Positions 26,561 through 36,497 of a DNA stretch of 64,000 nt are shown here, piece after piece (positions within the stretch are counted from its first letter, which is position 1; the number at the start of each line of letters is the position of its first letter). The position numbers were made by a program, and so were the translations under genes. This DNA comes from an uncultured Planctomycetales bacterium (GTDB taxonomy: Bacteria > Omnitrophota > Gorgyraeia > Zapsychrales > Fredricksoniimonadaceae): contig CAZASA010000002.1 of the NCBI GenBank assembly GCA_964487685.1, forward strand, positions 3,611-67,610, in the 5' to 3' direction. The notes beneath the pieces are model-generated. The model saw nothing but the letters and a program-made list of their open reading frames with translations, did no database searches and had not been told where the DNA came from.

Positions 26561-27955
26561 ATGTACCAGTACAAAGGCATGGAAGACACAATTGCGGCGA
26601 TTGCGACACCTTCGGGACAGGGGGGGATCGGGATTATTCGTATTAGCGGCAATGATGCGGTTGCTGTAGTTGACCGGGTCCTTCGATTGCAAGCGAATAA
26701 AACTTTAGCAAAAGCCAAAAGCCATACGGTGCATCATGGCTGGGTCGTTGGCAAGAATAAAGAAATCGTTGATGAGGTGTTGGCCACCTTGATGAAGGCG
26801 CCTAAAAGTTATACGGCTGAGGATGTGGTTGAGATCTCCTGCCACGGCGGGATGACTGTCCTAAACGAAGTGCTCCAAACAGTATTGACCGCCGGCGCAC
26901 GATTGGCCGCACCCGGAGAATTCACCAAACGCGCCTTTCTTCATGGGCGGATGGATTTGACCCAGGCAGAAGCGGTGATCGATGTTATCCAGGCCAAAAC
27001 TGAAATTTTTCTGCGCCAAAGCCAACATCAACTCAAAGGGGAATTATCAACCCAATTGGATTTGATAAGGGATGAATTGATAAAGCTTTATACGATGCTT
27101 GAGGCGGTGATCAATTTTCCTGAAGATGGTATTGATGCGCAAAACCGCCGGCAAATATCAGAACGTCTCGAGGCCCAATATAAAGCCATCGTTAAATTAT
27201 TGGAATCGTCTGCCAGCGGACGCATATTAAAGGACGGTATCCGGATCGTTATCTGCGGTAAGCCTAATGTGGGCAAATCATCCTTACTCAATGCCCTTCT
27301 TAAAGAACAAAGGGCCATTGTCACGCCTATCGCCGGCACCACGCGTGATGTGCTGGAAGAATCAGCGCAGATCAAAGGCATTCCGATCTCCCTGGTTGAC
27401 ACCGCCGGAATTTTAGAGCCCCGGGACTTAATTGAAGAAGAAGCTATCAAGCGCAGTCATCTGTATATCAAAGGCGCTGATATGGTACTTTTGGTTTTGG
27501 ACCATAGCTGTGTTTTGGAAGAGCAGGATTTGCGGCTTATCGAACAATTAAAGTTTGCCCGGGTCTTGGTGGTGGTGAATAAGATCGATCTCGCCGGCAA
27601 GATCGATATGGCGCATGCCAGGAAGGTATTTGGCCCTGCCAATGTGATCGAGATCTCAGCCCTCGATCAGCGTTCAATTCAAAACCTGGAAGAAAAGATC
27701 GTTGGTATGATCTGCCGGCAAAAGGACCTTGATACCAACGGTATTCTTATCAGTAATGTCCGCCATATCAAAGCCTTAGAAGCCGCTCAAGAAGACCTGC
27801 AAAGCGCCTGCCGTTTGATGATCGAAAATACTCCTCTTGAATTTATCTCCGAAGAGATCAAATCCGCGGTCAATGAGCTTGATGCCATCACGGGCAGGAA
27901 CATCGACGATGATCTGCTGGAAAGTATCTTTTCCCAATTCTGCATTGGTAAATGA
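26561..27955 (+). CDS. mnmE: tRNA modification GTPase MnmE
   Basis: DTIAAIAT, CHGG, GEFTKRAF, GKPNVGKSS, GTTRD, C-terminal FCIGK. Confidence 0.97.
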   Translation: MYQYKGMEDTIAAIATPSGQGGIGIIRISGNDAVAVVDRVLRLQANKTLAKAKSHTVHHGWVVGKNKEIVDEVLATLMKAPKSYTAEDVVEISCHGGMTVLNEVLQTVLTAGARLAAPGEFTKRAFLHGRMDLTQAEAVIDVIQAKTEIFLRQSQHQLKGELSTQLDLIRDELIKLYTMLEAVINFPEDGIDAQNRRQISERLEAQYKAIVKLLESSASGRILKDGIRIVICGKPNVGKSSLLNALLKEQRAIVTPIAGTTRDVLEESAQIKGIPISLVDTAGILEPRDLIEEEAIKRSHLYIKGADMVLLVLDHSCVLEEQDLRLIEQLKFARVLVVVNKIDLAGKIDMAHARKVFGPANVIEISALDQRSIQNLEEKIVGMICRQKDLDTNGILISNVRHIKALEAAQEDLQSACRLMIENTPLEFISEEIKSAVNELDAITGRNIDDDLLESIFSQFCIGK

Positions 27956-28005
27956 GAGACGCCATAAATGGCGATGTATTGAGACGCCATAAATGGCGTC
28001 TCTAC
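27956..28005 (-). repeat. GTAG-tagged REP-like palindrome (GTAGAGACGCCATTTATGGCGTCTC) plus a partial tandem copy, between convergent genes
   Basis: GAGACGCCATAAATGGCG at 27956 and 27981; the second ends in TCTCTAC. Confidence 0.75.
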
Positions 28006-28036
28006 GAGCGGAAGTCAGGAAATAATATCAGGACAT

Positions 28037-28756
28037 TTAAATATTATTCTCTGAAGCGGCCCATTTTAATTGGGGTTTTGTTTGGCTGTTATAGAGGGCC
28101 ATGATCTTTTTCATGGTGGCAGGATCGCTCATGATCTGTCGGGTCAGGTCCATCATTTTAGGGTTGCTCATTAGTTTGACAATATCATGGGAATCGATGT
28201 CTTTTTGGATATCCGGGTCCTGAAGGACTTTTTGGAAACGAGGGTCTTCGGCCAAGGTCTTGGCATCATTGGCTGAAGGTGGGGCACTGGCAACCGCATC
28301 AGGATTGGCCGGGGTCGTGCCAAACAGATTGTCCGCGAAAGGCTTGGCCACTGAATAGGAGATTGATTGGGTCACATCGTTGTGGATAGAGGTCATCGTA
28401 TCTCCCCAAGGGGGTAAGGCCGCCACCAAGACCAAGGTAAAGATAATGAAGACCCATCCCCAGGTCAGATTTAATAGTGCGCCGCCGATACGGCTTAAAA
28501 TACTGGGTTTAATATCGACATTGCCGGCTTTTACCACCAATTTAAGCAGGTATTTAAATAACAGGTGCAATAGGAATGGCCCGACCAATCCTATCAGCAG
28601 GCTTACGATCATTTCTTTGGTGAGTAGATAATAAAGGACACTGATGATGGTACCCACTATAATAGAGAAAGGGACCAATAAAGTGAGCATGAATCCCCGG
28701 GCGGCCCCTTGGAAGAGGAATACAAAACTTATAAGGAAGGCGAGATTATCTGTCAT
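28037..28756 (-). CDS. CvpA family membrane protein with C-terminal STI1/DP-like helical tail
   Basis: GAARGF, SRIGGALL, hydrophobic helices; DPRFQKVLQDP...LMSNPKM tail. Confidence 0.7.
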   Translation of the reverse strand: MTDNLAFLISFVFLFQGAARGFMLTLLVPFSIIVGTIISVLYYLLTKEMIVSLLIGLVGPFLLHLLFKYLLKLVVKAGNVDIKPSILSRIGGALLNLTWGWVFIIFTLVLVAALPPWGDTMTSIHNDVTQSISYSVAKPFADNLFGTTPANPDAVASAPPSANDAKTLAEDPRFQKVLQDPDIQKDIDSHDIVKLMSNPKMMDLTRQIMSDPATMKKIMALYNSQTKPQLKWAASENNI

Positions 28757-28762
28757 GGGTTT

Positions 28763-28966
28763 TTAATGTTCTGCCACAAAGCGCAGATGAACAATATAAA
28801 AAATGACCAGGAACAAACCATAGGCCATCGGAAAGAAAAAACAGAATTTAATGATCCAGGGGAAGGTCAGTTTTAGTTTGGATTTAGCTACTTTTTCCTT
28901 GATCTTGGCATACTCCTCTAAGGTCAGTTGCTTCGCTTTTCTTGCATCAGGAGTTTGATCTGCCAT
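28763..28966 (-). CDS. Small membrane protein
   Basis: 67 aa with C-terminal TM helix; TTGCAG-17-TATACT promoter upstream on -. Confidence 0.6.
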   Translation of the reverse strand: MADQTPDARKAKQLTLEEYAKIKEKVAKSKLKLTFPWIIKFCFFFPMAYGLFLVIFYIVHLRFVAEH

Positions 28967-29168
28967 AGTACGGATAGTATAACATTTGCATAAAATGGCT
29001 GCAATATAAATGAGTGAAAAAATAGGTTTTTTGATCTTTAATATTTAATAATTTTAAAACAAATTCTTAGCACTTCCACAAGCGCATTATTATCAGCAGG
29101 TTATGTTATAAATTTTTTTTCCATTTCCATTTGCTTTTTGGCAAATATGTTTTAGACTATAGATAAGG

Positions 29169-29180
29169 GAAAGCGCTTTC
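29169..29180. promoter_or_regulatory. Candidate LacI-family operator GAAAGCGCTTTC
   Basis: Perfect 12-bp palindrome with central CG, just downstream of TTGCTT-16-TAGACT. Confidence 0.55.
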
Positions 29181-29222
29181 AGGCATAATAAAAATTTATT
29201 CCAAATTACATAAAGGTTTTAT

Positions 29223-29573
29223 ATGGGTGGTGTTGTAAATCAGCGTGTTGAAGCAAGATATAACTGTTTTGTGCCGGTAGAAGGTAAGGCTGGCTCTGAG
29301 TTTGATCAGACTAAAACAATGGATATCAGCCGGCATGGGATCGGCTTGATCTCGTCTCAAAATGTTGGGATAAATCAGAAGATCGCCCTTGAGATCGTCC
29401 TCAAGCCAAATACAGAACCTGTTATGGTCATTGGGGTTGTGAAATGGGTACGTAAGTTGGACGTTTCTGAGCAATACCGGGTGGGTATGGTTTTTTCAGA
29501 GATTATTTCGGGATCTTCAACCCGTCTAGATAAATTTTTTACATCTAAGCGTTGGGAAAATAATAGTTTCTGA
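29223..29573 (+). CDS. PilZ domain protein
   Basis: RxxxR (QRVEAR) and DxSxxG (DISRHG). Confidence 0.85.
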   Translation: MGGVVNQRVEARYNCFVPVEGKAGSEFDQTKTMDISRHGIGLISSQNVGINQKIALEIVLKPNTEPVMVIGVVKWVRKLDVSEQYRVGMVFSEIISGSSTRLDKFFTSKRWENNSF

Positions 29574-29588
29574 TAACCGGAGATTAGA

Positions 29589-29966
29589 ATGCCCACAGCG
29601 TTAGAAACAGCAGGAGAGCGGCGGATATTCGTCCGTTTCCAAGCCCGATACCCGGTAAAATTCAAAGATGCCAATGACGATTACGGTACCGAGGTTTTTT
29701 TACGTGACGCTTCTGCTGATGGTATCAGGATCTTGACCAGAGAACGTTATTTTTTAGACGATCAACTTGAATTGGAAGTCGAATTACCGGATGGCGGAGA
29801 GCCGTTAGTCCTTAGCGGTCATGTGGTTTGGGTAAAATTAGTGAATTTATCGTTGTGGGATATCGGGATCCAATTCTCCGAGGTGCATTTCCTCAAAATG
29901 CAACGTCTTTATAAACTCACCGAAGCAAGTTTTGGATCTCATGGGCTTCATGCCAGCCACTCATAG
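29589..29966 (+). CDS. PilZ domain protein
   Basis: ERRIFVR and DASADG. Confidence 0.85.
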   Translation: MPTALETAGERRIFVRFQARYPVKFKDANDDYGTEVFLRDASADGIRILTRERYFLDDQLELEVELPDGGEPLVLSGHVVWVKLVNLSLWDIGIQFSEVHFLKMQRLYKLTEASFGSHGLHASHS

Positions 29967-30022
29967 TAATTCGCCAGACATTCTCAGCTGTTTGCCTAAT
30001 ATTAAAATATCCGTCAGCCAGA

Positions 30023-32746
30023 TTGTTTATGTCCCCAGAATCTTTTTACACCTATCTTCCTGATGGAGTGAGTTTTACATCAAAGCAAGCCGCTTTGATC
30101 AAAACAATATACGCTCCGTTATGCGGCACAGATACCCTAAGCCTTAAATCTTCTATCACTCCGTTGTTAAGCGGGGACATTAAACTTGATAAGTTCCACT
30201 ATTTGACCAAACCTGTCTCACGCGAAGACCTGCGTGGGCCTTTACGGGAATTTTATGTTTATATCAAGGATAAAGAGGTTTTAAGTCTATTTAATGGACT
30301 TTCTTTGCCTTCCATTACGATAGGGCCATTATGGCATAAACTTCAGCGTACTGAAAAGAAAACAGGATTGGAAATAAGTGCCGTCAATTTTATTCCGGTG
30401 AGTGGTGAGAATACCGAGTTAATGATGGTCACGGTCAAGAATATTTCAAAAAAACAAATCAAATTCACTCCCACCGCTGCTATCCCGCTATTCGGGCGTT
30501 CCTTGGCCAATAAGCATGATCACGAACACGTGACCGCTCTTTTAAACAGGCCTAAGCAAACGTCCCAAGGGGTCTTGTTAGAGGCCACCATGGCCTTTAA
30601 TGAAGAAGGCCATAAAACAAGTCATGATGTCTATTATGTGTATGGGAACCAAGAGAAGGCTGGCCCCGCCCAGGGCGGGGCAGGTGGTCCCGCTGGTTCA
30701 TTTCCGACGGTGGATAGTTTTTATGGCGATGGTGGTTTGGCCGATCGGCCGCAGGCGGTCTATGACAATTTAAAACCTTCCGCGCTTAAGCCCCAGGAGC
30801 TTAACGGCAAGGAAGTGGTCGGTGCTTTGCGTTTTAAGGAGATCACCCTCAAGCCCGGTAAAGATCAATCGTATATCATAGCGGTGGGGACCGAAGCTGA
30901 TGAAGTCAAGTCTAAGGAGACCTTCAGTCGTTTTAATTCCGTTGAAAAATTCAATCAGGCCTTGGAGGCGAATAAAAAATACTGGCTGGGTAAGGTCTCG
31001 ACCATTGTTTTTAGAACTAAGGATGGGAATTTTGACTCCTGGATGCGATGGGTCATCTTGCAGCCCGTTTTACGCCGTATTTTCGGCTGTTCGTTTTTGC
31101 CTGACCATGATTACGGCAAAGGCGGCCGCGGCTGGAGAGACATTTGGCAGGACCTTTTGTCGCTCATCCTCATTGAACCCCATCAGGTGCGCCAGGATTT
31201 GATCAATAATTGCGCGGGGATCCGCATCGACGGCAGTAATGCCACCATCATTGGGTCTAAGCCAGGGGAATTTGTGGCCGACCGCAACGCCATCACCCGC
31301 GTGTGGATGGACCATGGGGCATGGCCCTTGTTGACCTTGATGCTTTATATAGACCAGAGCGGGGACTTTGATATTTTATTGCATAAGCAGAGCTATTTCA
31401 GGGACCCGCAATTATCGCGTACTCATGACAAGGATATCGGATGGATCAATCAATACGGACATAAATTGCTCGATAAAAAAGGGCATGTGTATGAAGGGAC
31501 GATCCTCGAGCATATCTTGGTGGAACATTTGACGCAGTTCTTTAATGTCGGAGAACATAATATTATCCGGTTGGAAAACGCCGATTGGAACGATGGCCTA
31601 GATATGGCATCCTCGAGAGGGGAGTCAACGGCATTCAGCTCATTGTACGGCGGTAATCTATTGGCCCTCGCCAAACTACTTGAGGACATGGCCGCCATCA
31701 AAGGCATTGACCGCCTGCGGGTGGCCCGTGAACTGTTGATCCTGCTCGATACGTTAAGCGAAAAGGTCAATTACGATGATTATCAGGACAAACATAATCA
31801 TCTTTTCGGAAAATATTTTCACAGTGTCCAGCCCGCCGTAAGCGGGGAAACGGTTGAGGTCACGGTCAAGGATTTGGTCCATGACATCAGGGCCAAGGGC
31901 CATTGGATATTCGCGCATATCCGCCGCCAGGAAATGGTCCAACTTAAACAGAACAACACCACCTATGAGTGGTTCAATGGGTATTATGACAATAATGCCC
32001 AGCGCGTCGAAGGCGTGATCGACCAAAGGGTGCGCATGACCCTGACAGGCCAGGTATTTTCCGTCATGAGCGGCATGGCCACCGATGAAGAGGTTAAGAA
32101 GGTCATTATCAGCGTCGATAAATTCCTGAAAGACAAACAATTGGGCGGGTATCGGCTGAATACGGATTTTGGCCTGTCCCATTACATGGACCTGGGACGG
32201 GCTTTTGGTTTTGCGTACGGCACCAAGGAAAACGGCTCTTTTTTCAGCCATATGAACGTCATGTACGCGGCGGCCCTTTACCAACGCGGTTTTGCCAGGG
32301 CAGGCTTTCAGGTCCTGCGTTCGGTGTATGAAATGGCCAGCGATGGAAAGCGCAGTAAAATTTATCCCGGTATCCCGGAATATTTTGATTCCGAAGGCCG
32401 GGGCATGTATCATTACCTGACAGGCTCTGCCAGTTGGCTGGTTTTGACCCAATTGACACAGGTTTTCGGCGTGCGCGGTTCGCGTGGGGAACTGGTGCTT
32501 TATCCCCAGCTTGTCAAAGAGGAATTTGACCTCAGGGGACAGGCTGGTGTGGTCTGCCAATTCGCGGGCAAACGTCTGAGCGTTGAATATCATAATCCTC
32601 TAAAACTGGATGCCGGAAAGTATGCGATCAAGGAGGTCTTGATCAACGGAAAACCGGTCATTGTTAAGCCAATATCCAAGAACAAAGTCATCATCCCCAG
32701 GTCATCCCTCACCACAGACTCCCTGATCAAAGTCACCCTTGGGTAA
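30023..32746 (+). CDS. GH94-like glycoside phosphorylase (laminaribiose phosphorylase-like)
   Basis: DYGKGGRGWRDIWQD, ADWNDG, KENGSFFSH, IPEY, YLTGSASW. Confidence 0.85.
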   Translation: MFMSPESFYTYLPDGVSFTSKQAALIKTIYAPLCGTDTLSLKSSITPLLSGDIKLDKFHYLTKPVSREDLRGPLREFYVYIKDKEVLSLFNGLSLPSITIGPLWHKLQRTEKKTGLEISAVNFIPVSGENTELMMVTVKNISKKQIKFTPTAAIPLFGRSLANKHDHEHVTALLNRPKQTSQGVLLEATMAFNEEGHKTSHDVYYVYGNQEKAGPAQGGAGGPAGSFPTVDSFYGDGGLADRPQAVYDNLKPSALKPQELNGKEVVGALRFKEITLKPGKDQSYIIAVGTEADEVKSKETFSRFNSVEKFNQALEANKKYWLGKVSTIVFRTKDGNFDSWMRWVILQPVLRRIFGCSFLPDHDYGKGGRGWRDIWQDLLSLILIEPHQVRQDLINNCAGIRIDGSNATIIGSKPGEFVADRNAITRVWMDHGAWPLLTLMLYIDQSGDFDILLHKQSYFRDPQLSRTHDKDIGWINQYGHKLLDKKGHVYEGTILEHILVEHLTQFFNVGEHNIIRLENADWNDGLDMASSRGESTAFSSLYGGNLLALAKLLEDMAAIKGIDRLRVARELLILLDTLSEKVNYDDYQDKHNHLFGKYFHSVQPAVSGETVEVTVKDLVHDIRAKGHWIFAHIRRQEMVQLKQNNTTYEWFNGYYDNNAQRVEGVIDQRVRMTLTGQVFSVMSGMATDEEVKKVIISVDKFLKDKQLGGYRLNTDFGLSHYMDLGRAFGFAYGTKENGSFFSHMNVMYAAALYQRGFARAGFQVLRSVYEMASDGKRSKIYPGIPEYFDSEGRGMYHYLTGSASWLVLTQLTQVFGVRGSRGELVLYPQLVKEEFDLRGQAGVVCQFAGKRLSVEYHNPLKLDAGKYAIKEVLINGKPVIVKPISKNKVIIPRSSLTTDSLIKVTLG
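30663..30681. repeat. GC-rich perfect mini-palindrome GCCCCGCCCAGGGCGGGGC inside the phosphorylase ORF
   Basis: 9-bp arms; encodes part of AGPAQGGAGG; GC spike. Confidence 0.6.
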
Positions 32747-32750
32747 GGAT

Positions 32751-33552
32751 AAATGGTGACGTCTACCAATTAAAATTTATTTGACAATTTTCGTTTTGTC
32801 AATAAAATCAAACATAGCGTTATCCCCTAACGCTATAAGTCGATACACAATTCCCCCTTAAACTATAGGTCAGTTTTATGCCTCGTTCTGCAAGGCTTGT
32901 TGTGCCAGGGCTTCCTTTCCATTTGACACACAGAGGAAACAATAAACAAAAAGTATTTTATTCCGATGAAGATAGGCGCAAATACCTATTTTGGTTTGAA
33001 GAGGCCTGTCAGGAATGGAAAATGAGGGTACTGTCTTTTTGCCTAATGGATAATCATGTGCATTTCGTTGCTATTGCTGATGAGCTTGATTCATTTGCAA
33101 AAGTGATTAACGTTGTTCACAGGCGTTACGCAATGTATCTAAATCAAAAGAATGGAGCCAGCGGTCATATATGGGAAGGGCGGTATTATTCTTGCATATT
33201 AGATGAGAACCATTTGATAGCGGCTTTACGCTACGTCGAACGTAATCCAGTGCGAGCGCATCTAGTTCACAAGCCTTGGGATTGGATATGGTCAAGCGCA
33301 AGAGAGCATATAGGGAAAGAAAAGGGTTATATTTCTTTAGAGGATGCAGGGACATTTGTTTCTATAGCGTCATGGAAAGAATATATTGATCAGTCTGAAC
33401 AAGAAGAAGATTTAAATGAGATTAGAAAACAAACGATGTCATTAAAAGCATGGGCTGATTTAGATTTCAAGAAATCTATTGAGAATAAATATGGAGTTCA
33501 ATTAATATCTAAACCAAGGGGGAGGCCTTGTAATTGGTAGACGTCACCATTT
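32751..33552 (+). mobile_element. Y1 tyrosine-transposase element bounded by perfect 22-bp inverted repeats (family R2)
   Basis: AAATGGTGACGTCTACCAATTA (32751-32772) and its exact reverse complement (33531-33552). Confidence 0.88.
32878..33540 (+). CDS. REP-associated tyrosine transposase (RAYT, Y1_Tnp/HUH)
   Basis: MPR.AR, HLTHRGNNK, CLMDNHVHF (HUH), WEGRY, YVERNPVRA, WSS, C-terminal PRGRP. Confidence 0.93.
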   Translation: MPRSARLVVPGLPFHLTHRGNNKQKVFYSDEDRRKYLFWFEEACQEWKMRVLSFCLMDNHVHFVAIADELDSFAKVINVVHRRYAMYLNQKNGASGHIWEGRYYSCILDENHLIAALRYVERNPVRAHLVHKPWDWIWSSAREHIGKEKGYISLEDAGTFVSIASWKEYIDQSEQEEDLNEIRKQTMSLKAWADLDFKKSIENKYGVQLISKPRGRPCNW

Positions 33553-33648
33553 TACAACGATAAATAATATTGTATAAATGATCTTTGCTTGTTATAATCC
33601 AAAATTTATGTTCATACTTATTTAATAGAATTAGAACGGAGATAGATC

Positions 33649-35082
33649 ATGGAAGAAGTCATGGAGCATTCCCGCCACCATATAACAGCCCCCGAAGACC
33701 GCATTCCTATTTTTCAAAAAGCTGTCTACAGCATGGGCGCCCTTGTTAACCAGATGCAAGCGGCTGCCATTTCCGCGATGGTTTTGGTCTTGAACTTAGG
33801 TTTAGGCATGAACCCTGTCTTAGTCGGTCTGGTGGGGACCATTCCCCGTCTTCTTGATGCCTTTACCGATCCTTTGGTGGGGTATATTTCAGATAATTCT
33901 CGCGCCCGATACGGCCGCCGCAGGCCATTCATGTTCTTCGGGGCCCTTATCTCAGGAGTATTATTCGCTTTGCTCTTCCAGCTCCATAAAGAAAACAGCG
34001 AAATGTTTAATTTTACGTATTTTTTGGTGATCCAATGCTTGTTTGTCGTTGCCTTTGCCTTTTTTGCCATTCCCTGGATCGCCTTGGGTTTTGAAATGAC
34101 CCCTGATTATCACGAGCGCACACGCCTGCAAGGGACAGGGAATACTATCGCCCAGATCGCCTGGCTCATTTCTCCGTGGTTATTTACATTTATGTATACA
34201 ACGAAAGATGTTGTCCAGGGAGCACGTCTGTTGGCCATCATTTTCGGCGTCTTTATCGCGGTCGGCGGTATACTTCCGGCCATTTTTAATAAGGAATTTT
34301 TTGTTAATCCTCCCAAGCCTCCGAAAAAGACCGTTAGGGAAGTATTGACACATTTTACCAGCGGCTGTGTGGTCACCTTCAAGAACCGTCCGTTCGTTAA
34401 ACTTTGCCTCATGACCTTCCTGGTTTTCAACGGCTTCATGTTGGCATCAGCGTTTACCTCCTATGTTATTTTTTTCTATGATTTTGGCGGCGATTATGCC
34501 AAGGGCGGTATTCTGCTAGGCTGGTTTGGCACAGTGACAGCCCTTTCCAATTTTCTCTTCGTTATTCCTTTGATCACCTGGATCGCCACCAAGATCGGGA
34601 AACGTAACACCTTTTTGATCACCATTCCGCTTTCGATCGTCGGTTACGCGCTTAAATGGATCGGGTATAATCCCCAACATCCTTATCTATTGCTGATCGC
34701 GGCCCCTTTCATCGCCTTTGGTTTGGGATCGGTCTTTACTATTGTGAGCTCCATGCTGGCTGATGTTTGTGACCTTGATGAACTTCAGACCGGTAACCGC
34801 AGGGAAGGGATCTTTGGGGCCATTTACTGGTGGATGATCAAGTTAGGCCAGGCAGCGGCATCACTGATCTCCGGTGTATTACTGAATGCGACCGGGTTTA
34901 ATATCATCCTGGGCGCCCATCAAACAGCTCACGCCTTATTATTCATGAGGTTCTGTGACATAGGCATTCCTATAGTAGCTTCATTGCTGGCCATTGGGAT
35001 CATTTTGACCTTTGAGGTCACGGAAGACAAGGCTTATGATATCCGTAAACAGTTGGAAGAAAGACGAGGGAAGGTGATATAG
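33649..35082 (+). CDS. MFS/GPH family sugar:cation symporter
   Basis: DAFTDPLVGYISD...GRRRPF, EMTPDYHERT, RREGIF. Confidence 0.9.
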   Translation: MEEVMEHSRHHITAPEDRIPIFQKAVYSMGALVNQMQAAAISAMVLVLNLGLGMNPVLVGLVGTIPRLLDAFTDPLVGYISDNSRARYGRRRPFMFFGALISGVLFALLFQLHKENSEMFNFTYFLVIQCLFVVAFAFFAIPWIALGFEMTPDYHERTRLQGTGNTIAQIAWLISPWLFTFMYTTKDVVQGARLLAIIFGVFIAVGGILPAIFNKEFFVNPPKPPKKTVREVLTHFTSGCVVTFKNRPFVKLCLMTFLVFNGFMLASAFTSYVIFFYDFGGDYAKGGILLGWFGTVTALSNFLFVIPLITWIATKIGKRNTFLITIPLSIVGYALKWIGYNPQHPYLLLIAAPFIAFGLGSVFTIVSSMLADVCDLDELQTGNRREGIFGAIYWWMIKLGQAAASLISGVLLNATGFNIILGAHQTAHALLFMRFCDIGIPIVASLLAIGIILTFEVTEDKAYDIRKQLEERRGKVI

Positions 35083-35101
35083 GGCTCGTCGTATTTTTTG
35101 A

Positions 35102-35130
35102 TTGACCAACCTTGCCGTCTGTGTTAAATT
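35102..35130 (+). promoter_or_regulatory. Sigma70-type promoter for the ABC transporter operon
   Basis: TTGACC-17 bp-TAAATT with TG extension. Confidence 0.5.
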
Positions 35131-35191
35131 TTGGGTTCATGTATTTATAGTATTTCTTAAGTATTAAATAGACTCTTATAGCGGAGAGTAG

Positions 35192-36496
35192 ATGCGCAAA
35201 TCAAAATGGCCCAATACCCTGATGACCATAAGCCTTGGGGCCTTGCTTGTCCTGGCCGGATGTTCCCCATCAACCCCCAAGCCCAGCAATAAGATCTTCA
35301 TGTGGCACTGGATGACGGACCGAAATGATACCCTCCAAAATTTAGCCCAGGAATACCAAAAAGAAACAGGCATTGAAGTCTCCATCCAGTTATTTGCGCC
35401 ATCCGATTCATATTCCCAGAAAGTCATTGCCTCAGCCCAGGCCAATGTCCTTCCGGATATTTTTGGCATTCTCGATAAGAAATCCATCGTGGGAGAATTT
35501 ATCAAGGCAGGATTGGTCACGAACCTGACCGATGAGATGTATGCTGACGGGGGAAGCTGGAAGAACAGTTTATTTGACAAAGCCCTGGCAGACAAGCGCT
35601 TTGATGAGGGGAATATTTACGGGGTCAAGCCCGGCATCTATGGTGTCCCCATCGACGTGAGCGATGAGCAAATGCTCTATAATAAAAAGCTTTTAAGCAA
35701 AGCCGGTATCAAGTCTCCTCCCAAGACCTTTAATGAATTCATCAGGGATGCCCAGGCCCTCAAGCGGGTAGGGATTACTCCTTTTGTCTCGGGTTGGGGC
35801 GAGTTGTGGCTCCTGGATTGTTTTGCTTCTAATTATGCCTTTAACATCATGGGCGAAGACAAGGTCTTTGCGACCTTCCGCGGCCAGGTCAAGTATACAG
35901 ACCCTGATTGGATCAAGGTCTTTGATGTTTTTGCCCAACTGCGGGACAAGGGTGTTTTGATCGACGGGATCGTCACCAAGGGCAATAAATACGCCGAGCA
36001 GGATTTTGCCTTGGAGCGCGCCGCGTTTAGTTTTAACGGCTCATGGTGCGTCAATGTTTATCGTTTGATGAATCCCAATCTCGATTATGGGGTCATGCCG
36101 CCGCCGCCCATAAGCCAGGCCTATCCTTTGAAAATTTGGGGAAGCGCCGGCTCTTCTTTTGTCGTCAATGACGGTTCCCCTAATAAAGACAAGGCCATCG
36201 CTTTTTTGAAATGGCTTACCGCCCGGGACCAGCAGGTACAGTTAGCCACCCAAACCAATAATCTGCCTTCCAATAAAGAAGCGCTCGTCAGTGTCTCTCC
36301 GATTTTGGAAGATTTTGCCAAAGGGATGGAACAATCCACGCATCCTAACATATGGCCGATCAATGAAGACCCCTCGGTCAGTGAGGCGTTTGATAAGGGG
36401 ATCCAGGACATTATCATCGGGGAAAAAACACCCGATCAGGTGGCCCGGGAAGTCCAGAAGGTTAAAGACCGGCAAAGTTCAAAAGGGAACCAATAA
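35192..36496 (+). CDS. Carbohydrate ABC transporter substrate-binding lipoprotein
   Basis: Lipobox LAGC; YGVP, LYNKKLL..AGI..PPKT, NGSW. Confidence 0.9.
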   Translation: MRKSKWPNTLMTISLGALLVLAGCSPSTPKPSNKIFMWHWMTDRNDTLQNLAQEYQKETGIEVSIQLFAPSDSYSQKVIASAQANVLPDIFGILDKKSIVGEFIKAGLVTNLTDEMYADGGSWKNSLFDKALADKRFDEGNIYGVKPGIYGVPIDVSDEQMLYNKKLLSKAGIKSPPKTFNEFIRDAQALKRVGITPFVSGWGELWLLDCFASNYAFNIMGEDKVFATFRGQVKYTDPDWIKVFDVFAQLRDKGVLIDGIVTKGNKYAEQDFALERAAFSFNGSWCVNVYRLMNPNLDYGVMPPPPISQAYPLKIWGSAGSSFVVNDGSPNKDKAIAFLKWLTARDQQVQLATQTNNLPSNKEALVSVSPILEDFAKGMEQSTHPNIWPINEDPSVSEAFDKGIQDIIIGEKTPDQVAREVQKVKDRQSSKGNQ

Positions 36497-36497
36497 G

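Noticed and set aside
31754-32593. Long antisense ORFs (also 9163-9900, 24488-25153, 44293-44964)
   Set aside because: Shadows of well-conserved sense genes with no recognisable motifs
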